Source: Octopus vulgaris
Lineage: Eukaryota
Reading direction: 5' to 3'
DNA length: 64,000 nucleotides
Assembly (NCBI GenBank): GCA_951406725.2
Contig: OX597824.1
Span: forward strand, 23,932,001-23,996,000
The position numbers were made by a program, and so were the translations under genes. Within the stretch, counting starts at the first letter, position 1, and every line of letters starts with the position of its first letter. The notes below the pieces were generated by a model, which ran no database searches, was not told the DNA's origin, and saw only the letters and a list, made by a program, of their open reading frames with translations. Positions 54,143 through 64,000 of this stretch are shown here, one piece after another.

Positions 54143-54407
54143 GTCTATCTACCTATCTCTCTGTCTGTCTGTGTATCTATCTATTTATCTATCTATCTAC
54201 CTACCTATCAATCTATCTATCTGTCTATCTATCTACTCTTCTGTTCATCTGTCAGTCTGCTTGTCTGTTTACCCATCTGTATGTCTGTCTGTCTGTCTGT
54301 ATGTATGTATGTATGTATGCATGTATGCATGTATGTATGTATGTATGTATGTATGTATGTATGTATGTATGTATGTATGTATCACGTCGGTCATATCAAA
54401 TTTTATG

Positions 54408-54850
<443 letters not shown>

Positions 54851-54910
54851 AATCAAAGAACGTACTTATGTATTCTTTTATTCTTGTATTCTTTTTTTTT
54901 TCTTGTTTTG

Positions 54911-55243
54911 AAGGTGGCGAGCTGGCACAAACATTAACACACCGGGCGAAATTCTTGACTTTGCCTTTCATCCTTTCGGGGTCGATTAAATAAGTACCAG
55001 TTACGCACTGGGGTCAATATAATCGACTTAATCCGTGTGTCTGTCCTTGTTTGTCCTCTCTGTTTAGCCCCTTGTGGGTAGTAAAGAAATAGGTATTTTG
55101 TCTGTCTCTTACGTTCTGAGTTCAAATTCCGTCGAGATCGACTTTGCTTTTCATCCTTTCGGGATAGATAAATTGTGTACCAGTTCGGTACTGGTGTCGA
55201 TCTAATCGACTGCCCCCCCTCCCTCAGAGTAGAAAAGATTATT
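54911..55243 (+). mobile_element. SINE family B stack: deleted head/T1 + older T2
   Basis: Junction GTAAAGAAAT|AGGTATTTTGTCTG; T2 end AGAGTAGAAAAGATTATT. Confidence 0.85.
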
Positions 55244-55470
55244 TTACTTGTTTGAGTCATTTGATTGCGGCCATGCTGGAGCGCCGCCTTTAGTCGAGCA
55301 AATCGACCCCAGGACTTATTCTTTTGTGAGTATAGTACTTATTGTAACGGTCTCTTTGGCCGAACCACGAAGTTACGGGGGCGTAAACACACCTACATCG
55401 GTGTCAAACGATATTGGGGGGGAACAAACACAGACATGGCTTGTCTATATAAAGTTATGCACATGAGCCT

Positions 55471-55533
<63 letters not shown>

Positions 55534-55587
55534 TGTATGTATGTATGTATGTATTCATGCATGCATGTATGTATGTATGCATGCATG

Positions 55588-55621
<34 letters not shown>

Positions 55622-56844
55622 TGTATGTATGTATGTATAGATAGATAGATAGATAGGTCGGAAGGTAAAGTAGGTTGGTAAGTAGGTAGGTAGGTAGGTA
55701 GGTAGGTAGGTAGGTAGGTAGGTAGGCATGTAGGTAAGTAGGTAGGTTGGTAGGTTGGTAGGTAGGTAGATAGGTAGAAATAGAGGGAGTTCTATAGATA
55801 CATATTTATTTTGTACTTAGTTCAGTCAATAGACTGCAACTTCACCGTGGCACCACCTTGAATAAATCTACCCTAGTATTTATTTAGTTTTTCAGACATG
55901 GTACTTCTACCACACTTTTGTTTCCAAACCGCTAAGTTATGTTGACGCAAGGAAACTAACAGCGGTTCTCAAGCTCTTTATAAGGCTCTATGCTTGGAAT
56001 GACCAAATATAACTACCATTGGAACTCGCACACCAAGTACAGGAAACTTCTTTATCACTTTTTTTTCGCAAGGTAGTATCGTTAATTCATAAATAAAGAG
56101 TACATTTATTCACTAAATCCTGCGTTGAGCACCCGTTCTCACTGTTTGCTTCTTTCGCATACAAATGTGTGTGTATGTGTGTGTTTGCGTGCGTGTGTAT
56201 GTGTGTGTTTGGAGAGAACGAGAGAAAAGGAGAGAGAGTGAGAGAGAGAGAGAGGGAGTGTGTGTGGAGAAAGATTATCTTGCTTTAATCATTCCATAGA
56301 GTGCATTGCAACCAGCCTTTCTTCTTGGTTAAGTCTCCTATTCTCATGAGTTTCCTTCTTTACTTTTTACAGAAGTAAAAACATTTTATAATTAATAGTT
56401 AACTTAACTATTCATTCTAAAGTACATTTCATCTTATCAAGATTTTATTTATTGAATTTTCTCCAATGTAGCTTTGCGGTAGAATGCCTTTACAAGCGTA
56501 TATGTTAAAGAATTATCTTTTAAATTTTTAGAGTTTCTTTTGCTCCTCCTGTTTTATTTTATTTTATTTTATTTTATTTTATTTTTTCATTCGGAAGATT
56601 ACAATAGAGTAATGAAGACGAAGCCTTACAGATATAAATCTAAGCAATTCTCATATGTACATCAGAGGTAGAGACGGTAGTTTCTTGAGACTGAAAAAGA
56701 AACGTTGGTGAGCTTATATTCTAAGTTTACTGTTTGTTTGGGTTTTTTTTTTGTTTTGTTTTTTTCATAACCATAATGTCAGGGAATGAAAGTAAGGTAT
56801 TAGTGAATTTTAATTCGAAAATGTTTGTAACTTTATAAGACCAT

Positions 56845-57056
56845 GAGCTCGTAGAGCTGTTAGCACGGTGGACAAAGTTCTTAGCGGCATTTCGTCCGTC
56901 TTCACGTCCTGATTTCAAATTCTGCAGAGGTCGATATTTGTCTTTCATCCTTTCAGGTTCGTTGAAATAAGTACTAATTGAATACAGGGCGATCGACGTA
57001 TTCGACTTAGGCCCTCTCCTGAAGTTTCTGGCCTTGTGCCAAAATTTGATATCAAT
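56845..57056 (+). mobile_element. SINE family B, old T2 copy
   Basis: Degenerate core and CTGGCCTTGTGCCAAAATTTGA tail. Confidence 0.7.
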
Positions 57057-57481
57057 AAGCGTAGGAGTGGCTGTGTGGAAAGTAGCTTGTTTAACAACCA
57101 CATGGTTCCGGGTTCAGTCCCACTGCGTGGCATCTTGGGCAAGTGTCTTCTACTATAGCCTCGGGCCGACCAAAGCCTTGTGAGTGGATTTCGTAGACGG
57201 AAACTGAAAGAAGCACGTCGTATATATGTATATATATATGTGTGTGTGTGCGTGTATGTTTGTATGTCTGTGTTTGTCCCCCCAACATCGCTTGACAACC
57301 GATGCTGGTGTGTGTATGCTCCCGTAACTTAGCGGTTCGGCAAAAGAGATCGATAGAATAAGTACTGGGCTTACAAAAGAATAAGTCCCGGGGTCGAGTT
57401 GCTCAGTTAAAGGCGGTGCTCCAGCATGGCCGCAATCAAATGACTGAAACAAGTAAAAGAGTAAAAGAGAGAGTAAAGAGT
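57057..57481 (+). mobile_element. SINE family A, full length
   Basis: 3' two-thirds near-identical to 43975-44261. Confidence 0.92.
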
Positions 57482-57798
57482 AATATGTTTGTAAGTTTAT
57501 ATTCGCAAGCGTCACTGTTTGGTTAAAATGTTCGCTTTCCAACAATGTGATTCGATGGTGAGGGGTCGATCCATCGCGCAGCACTCTGGGAAAATGACTT
57601 TTTTTTTTTTAGTCATACGGCACGAATTCCTGTTTGTGCAGTTTTCTGTCAATATCAAATCTAGTTGTCCTAAAGATGAACTGAGCAAAATAGGTAGCTT
57701 GAATGCTGTTGACGTGAAACACATGACTTGGACCTTCAACAAGTTTTGGGGACAGTATTTCTTGGTGCTGAATACAAACACAAACATGCATGTACACG

Positions 57799-57848
<50 letters not shown>

Positions 57849-57940
57849 TATATACATACGCATGCACGCACACATAAAAAGAGAGACGAGAGAGAGATTA
57901 TTAATTGCATACGATAGGCATAAATACTTTGTCTCTCCTC

Positions 57941-58158
57941 ATACGCAGGAGTGGCTGTGTGGTAAGTAGCTTGTATGTCCCCTCTATCTAACGCCTTAAT
58001 GGCGAATTTTCATAAAATAAAGTAGCTTGCTTACGAACCACATGGTTCCAGGTTCGGTCACACTGCGTGGCCCCTTCGGCAAGTGTCTTCAACTGTAGCC
58101 TCGGGCCGAAAAAAGCCTTGTGGGAGGATTTGGTAGACGGAAACTGAAAGAAGCCCGT

Positions 58159-58234
<76 letters not shown>

Positions 58235-58470
58235 CGTGCGTGCGTGTGTGTCTATGTCTGTGTTTGTCCCCGAACATCGCTCCTGACAACCGAAGCTGGT
58301 GTGTTTACGTCCCCGTCACGTAGCGGTTCGGCAAGAGAAACCGATAGAATAAGTACTAGGCTTACAAAGAATAAGTCCTGGGGTCGATTTGCTCGACTAA
58401 AGGCAGTGCTCCAGCATGGCCGCAGTCAAATGACTGACATAAATAAAAGAATAAAAGAACAGAAAAAGAA
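57941..58470 (+). mobile_element. SINE family A with a 46-bp insertion flanked by a 10-bp TSD
   Basis: AAGTAGCTTG at 57964-57973 and 58020-58029. Confidence 0.85.
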
Positions 58471-58971
58471 TATACTCATACACATAAACAGGGAGAGAGG
58501 GAGAGAGATAGAGAGACAAAAACAGAGATGGAGGGAGACACAGAGACAGGGAGAGAGGGAGAGAGCGCCAGGGAGAGATAACAACCGGTGTAGTTTTGTT
58601 TGTGTTTCCGTAATTTATTAGCTCAGGGACGAAATACCTACCAAACTTTAAACATAAATATATTCAGGGCTCGTTTTGTTCTACTCAAAATCCTTCTAGG
58701 TGGTGCTCCAGCATGGCCACAGTCCAGTGACTGAAACAAGTAATGGAAAAAGATAAACAAGACTGATGTATTGACAACGGTTTGTGCGTCTTGTTTTGTA
58801 ATTTTAATGAAGAAGTGACTAAGGTCCAGAAGTCACAGGTGTTGAGGGTTAGAGGATTAGTGGCCATGAAATGGCAGATAACAGTTACCTAGTAACGAAC
58901 AGGCAAAGGAAGATTGCAATTTACGAATTGCCTCGTTATAGGATGTACACCTGTGCATGCATATGCATGCG

Positions 58972-59014
<43 letters not shown>

Positions 59015-59081
59015 ACATATATATAAATACGAAAATATTTATAAAAAGATCGAAGGGGACACACACACGCATTATAAATAA

Positions 59082-59130
<49 letters not shown>

Positions 59131-59159
59131 CATATATATTGTACACACATGCATATACA

Positions 59160-59500
59160 TGAAACTTCAAAATTAAAACTCCTAGCATGTTAAAACAAAA
59201 CCGGGCAAATATTATCGTGTGGTACTACGAGAAAATAATATGCTCCCCTGTGGAAATCAGCTGTCCTTTGGACACCAATGTGGTCAGAAATATACAAGCG
59301 AAAAAATGTGTATGAGCCATGGATAGACAGTATACACTTTCGTACCTATTATTATCATTGGAGCAACATGATACGAACCAGCTCGCCTGAAGTATAGTAC
59401 GGCTGAACCTGAGTTCTTGAGGCAAGAACGCAATTCCTTAAAACATGTGCAACAAAGGATCGTGATATCTAGGAGAGTAAATATGCACAAGACCTTTAAG
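59160..59500 (+). pseudogene. Fossil restriction-like endonuclease (REL) domain of an R4/Dong-type non-LTR retrotransposon
   Basis: Translates [40 protein letters not shown]..., then PIIIIGAT and ..VNMHKTF with stops and frameshifts; fits the (H)NRPDI...vvEisCP...K..Y...PviiGa.G REL pattern. Confidence 0.75.
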
Positions 59501-60309
59501 TGTAAAAGACGATGAACTAATCCAGATGCTTTCCTTCACAACCTTGCTACTGAGAGGGTACTCGCTTAAAATTTACTCAAAATACGAACATACATACAGG
59601 AAATAGGCATTTTTCATTCGAATATAGGTATAAAGTAAAGAAGTTTAAAATGCACTTAGAGTTCTTAAAAATATTTCTTTACATTTACTTAATCGGTTTC
59701 AAATTTCTCGAATTTCAAGCGTGTGCAATGGAGGTATCTGACAGTGTGCTGTATTTGTCTTGACTCCGATTAGAGTTTGAAAATTTGCTTCATTTAATAG
59801 AGAAATTTTGGCACATATTGCCATTACCTTAGATTATCTTAGATTGTTTGACTGCCTGAAGATCGTCGCAAAACATGAAAAAATGCGTTACAAAAATTCC
59901 TACTGATTCCGCTTTGTTGTTGTTCGGATGAAAATATATCACATATAAACAGATAAAAGAAATTTGACTTTCAAAACCATGAGATTGCATTCTGAAGTTT
60001 ATTCTTTGTTCATAAATGTGTGTGCATGTGTGTGCGTGTATCTTTTATCTTTAACTTGCTTCAAGGATTTGACTGCTGCCATGCTGGGGCACCGCATTGA
60101 AAGATTTTCATTCAACTCAGGATTTGTTTTTATAACCTAGTACTTATTCGATCGATTTCTTTAGCCGAGCCGTTAAGTTAGGGTGACGAAAACACACAAG
60201 CACCGCTTGCCAGGCAATAACGGGGGACAAACACAGGCGCAAAGACACAATCACGTGCACAAACACACACACGCACACACACACGCACACACAAACACAA
60301 ACACACACA

Positions 60310-60365
<56 letters not shown>

Positions 60366-60397
60366 CGACGGCGAGCTGGCAGAATATTTATATATAT

Positions 60398-60812
60398 AAA
60401 GGCGGCGAGCTGGCAGAATTGTTAGCACGCCGGGCGAAATGCTTAGCGGTATTTCGTCTGCCGTTACGTTCTGAATTCAAATTCCGCCGAGGTCGACTTT
60501 GTCTTTCATCCTTTCGGGGTCGATAAGTTAAGTACCAGTTATGCACTGGGGTCGATATAATCGACTTAATCCGTTTGTCTGTCTTTCTTTGTCCTCTCTG
60601 TGTTTGGCCCCTTGTGGGTAGTAAAGAAATAGGTATTTCATCTGCGGCTATGTTCCGAGTTCAAATTCCGCCGAGGTCATTTTGCCTTTCATCCTTTCGG
60701 GTTCGATTAAATAAATACCAGTTATGCACTGGGGTCGATGTAATCGACTTAATCCCTTTGTCTGTCTTTGTTTGTCCCCTCTACGTTTAGCCTCTTGTGG
60801 GCAATAAAGAAT
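60398..60812 (+). mobile_element. SINE family B, two T1 units, nested in the microsatellite of a minus-strand SINE-A (60040-60360 / 60830-60975)
   Basis: Full head, junction GTAAAGAAAT|AGGTATTTC. Confidence 0.9.
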
Positions 60813-61170
60813 TATATATATATAATTAGAACGGACTTCTTTCAGTTTCTGTCTACAAAATCCATTCACAAGGCTTTGGTAGGCCCGAGGCTATAGTAGA
60901 AGACACTCGCCAAAGATACCACGCGGTGGGACTGAACCCAGAACCATGTAGTTAGGAACCAAGCTTATTACCGCATGTGTTACTGATACTGATAGAAGAA
61001 ATTAGGGAATTATTCCTAAATTTATTTGTATACAGTAAGTCTTCAAATTTTCCAATGAAATGAAGAGAAATAAAATAAAGTGAAATGTTCACATTTCAGA
61101 AGTCATCTAGCCTTTGGAAATACTTGAGGCACAGGCATTGTCAAGTTTGTTAAGATTGTAATGACGTAAT

Positions 61171-61336
61171 AGGCGCAGGAGTGGCTGTGTGGAAAGTAGC
61201 TTGCTAACCAACCACATGGTTCTGGGTTCAATCCCACTGCGTGGTATCTTGGGCAAGTGTTTTCTGCTATAGCCCCGGGCCGACCAATGCCTTGTGAGTG
61301 GATTTGGTAGACGGAAACTGAAAGAAGCCTGTCGTA

Positions 61337-61385
<49 letters not shown>

Positions 61386-61607
61386 TTGTGTGTCTGTGAT
61401 TGTCCCGCCCTAGCATTGCTTGACAACCGATGCTGGTGTGTGTTTACGTCCCCGTCACTTAGCGGTTCGGCAAAAGAGACCGATAGAATAAGTACTGGGC
61501 TTACAAAAAGAATAAGTCCCGGGGTCGATTTGCTCGATTAAAGGCGGTGCTCCAGCATTGCCGCAGTCAAATGACTGAAACAAGTAAAAGAGTAAAGAGT
61601 AAAGAGT
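61171..61607 (+). mobile_element. SINE family A, full length, young subfamily
   Basis: Young diagnostic variants present. Confidence 0.93.
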
Positions 61608-61679
61608 AATGATTGTAATCTTAGTTCATTTCATTTCAGGCCGTCGGAAAATTTGGTAACTTTCGTACCAATTCTTCTC

Positions 61680-61920
61680 GTCTTCTTTTATTCTTTCACT
61701 TGTTTCAGTCATTTGATTGCGACCATGCAGGAGCACCGCCTTTAGTCGAGGAAATCGACCCCCAGGACTTATTCTTTGTAAGCCTAGTACTTATTCTGTC
61801 GGTGTCTTTTGACGAACCGCTAGGTTACGGGAACGTAAACACACCAGCATCGGTTGTCAAACTATGGTGGGAGACAAACATAGACACACACACATATACA
61901 CACATATATATGAATACATG

Positions 61921-61958
<38 letters not shown>

Positions 61959-62025
61959 TATACATTCGACGAGCTTCTTTCATTTTCCGTCTGCCAAATC
62001 CACTCACAAGGCTTTGTTCAACCCG
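61680..62025 (-). mobile_element. SINE family A, 5'-truncated
   Basis: 3' module and part of the 5' module, in reverse orientation. Confidence 0.85.
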
Positions 62026-62074
62026 ATAGATAGATAGATAGATGTATAGATAGATAGATAGATAGATTGATAGA

Positions 62075-62143
<69 letters not shown>

Positions 62144-62651
62144 ATGAACGAGAGAGAGAGAGGGGTAGTTTCAAAATGAATTCAGGCTGTTTACGAAACA
62201 CGTATAAAGATTCTTTTTCTTCTTAAAACTTTTTTAAAGTTAGAATACAAAATTTTAGAACCGATTCTTCAGTTTTATTCTGATCTGGGATATGTACTTA
62301 GCAATCTCTTCAGATTTATATAATACCAAACAAAAATTTAAGGATAAATGATGTTTAATACTGATTGGTGGATCAATATAAATGGATTTACATGAACTTC
62401 TAAGCAAAGGTTAACAATTAAGCTATTTCATTCGAATCATTAACTCTTCAATACACACAAACGCACTTGTATATATACAAAGAAGTAAATATCTATATAT
62501 ATATTTATGTGTGTGTGTGTGTGTGTATGTGTGTTTCTATGTGTTTATGTACGTATTCATATGTGCATCTATGCACTTGTCTATATATACATATATACAC
62601 ATATGAGAATTGCTGTCGTGTGGTACACAGATACATAGATTTAAAGATAGG

Positions 62652-62712
<61 letters not shown>

Positions 62713-62945
62713 TCATGTATATATACATATACATAGGAAATGAACGCGTTTTTAGAAACCACTGCGATCATTTCAACTTATCATGCACCCGTGCCTTACA
62801 AGAATGGCGGGCTTTAACATCCCTTTGAAGGATTTAGGTTCTTACTGCCACATGTATACATACGCACACATAATATATAGATAAAGGTAGATATATATAA
62901 ATAATATATATATAATATATATATGTATATATATATATAGATAGA

Positions 62946-63066
<121 letters not shown>

Positions 63067-63249
63067 GGATGGATGGATGGATGGATGGATGGATGGATGG
63101 ATGGATGGATGAGTGGATGGATGGATGGATGGATGGAGGTATGGATGGATGGACAGCTGATGATGGAGGTGTGTTGGATTGTTAGTATGACTGTGGAATA
63201 GTATTACTACACATCCTTTTGATACATATATACATGTGTATATATATAT

Positions 63250-63375
63250 AAGAGCGTAGGCTCGAAACGTTAAAGACTTGTTTCATTTATATTTCCTGAG
63301 CGCCATACTAATACAATTGTTTGTTTGTATTCCACCTGCCTTCGTCTTTTGTCTATTTCCATAAAGCTTACCGTT
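63250..63375 (+). mobile_element. Penelope-like terminal fragment (3' half of a hammerhead)
   Basis: AGAGC-GTAG-GCTC-GAAA-CG-TT-AAAGAC...TTCCTGAGCG..ATACTAATACA, homologous to 25510-25627; between (TA)n tracts. Confidence 0.6.
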
Positions 63376-63391
63376 ATATATATATATATAT

Positions 63392-63442
<51 letters not shown>

Positions 63443-63487
63443 GATATACACACATAGATATATATACACACATAAATACATTTATGC

Positions 63488-63518
<31 letters not shown>

Positions 63519-63539
63519 TACATATATATTTACATGAGA

Positions 63540-63640
63540 ATTTCCGAGGCTTCAAAACGCTGAAGGAATGCTGCAATAAGGTAGTGAATCTGCGAGGAGA
63601 ATATGTTGAATAAAATCATTATCGTAAAATATAATTGCCA
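63540..63640 (+). pseudogene. Mariner transposase extreme C-terminus remnant
   Basis: FKTLKECCNKVVNLRGEYVE* resembles the mariner L..RW.KC...GEYVE* ending. Confidence 0.6.
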
Positions 63641-63857
63641 AGCAGTGGTGGTCCCATAGAGGACGATGCTGCTGTTGTTTTTAACCCCAGAAGGACATCT
63701 CCTCCGTCTGGCTAACGACACACTGTCTGTGTCCGATTAATATCTGGGAGCGGAAACCATCGTTCCCATCTCTAGCCTTACGTGATACAAACATCTAGTT
63801 GGCAATTATATTTTACGATTCCGTGCTGCTACTGTTTACTTCTCGTTCAGAGATTTA

Positions 63858-63933
<76 letters not shown>

Positions 63934-64000
63934 AAATAGTAAAAAGGGAAAAAAATTACAGAAGGCTTGTTTTAAAAGGTTAAAAAATATATTTGAGTCA

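Overview
Repeat-saturated animal non-coding DNA (intergenic or deep intronic). The combination of very dense (TA)n/(CA)n/(TACA)n/(GATA)n/triplet microsatellites with abundant tRNA-derived SINEs is most consistent with an Octopus (coleoid cephalopod) genome; this is inferred from repeat style, not from a database search. No intact host protein-coding gene is recognisable, and nearly all ORFs in the track are microsatellite or SINE artefacts. Supported content: about 30 copies or fragments of a microsatellite-carrying tRNA-SINE ('family A'); about 12 loci of a second tRNA-SINE ('family B') that forms head-to-tail stacks; a V-SINE-like family; a young 3' fragment of a Tx1/L1-clade LINE; fossil RTE and R4/Dong-type (REL) LINE pieces; several mariner, Tc2/pogo and hAT-like DNA-transposon derivatives; Penelope-like fragments; and a 52-bp tandem array. 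The most interesting signals are: (1) several sequence-diverse minimal type-I hammerhead ribozyme motifs in short (TA)n-embedded fragments, one complete at 35115-35174; (2) a SINE-B/Tx1-LINE partnership with a shared 3' tail, where the SINE stacks onto its own head and the LINE sits in (TATC)n; (3) a 1.85-kb TIR-bounded element inserted into a SINE's internal (TA)n, carrying about 17 tandem units with overlapping NF-kB-like and STAT-like sites; (4) a ~790-bp SINE-mediated templated duplication; (5) two CACGTG E-box clusters in rare unique sequence. All coordinates were read by eye, and family boundaries are approximate.
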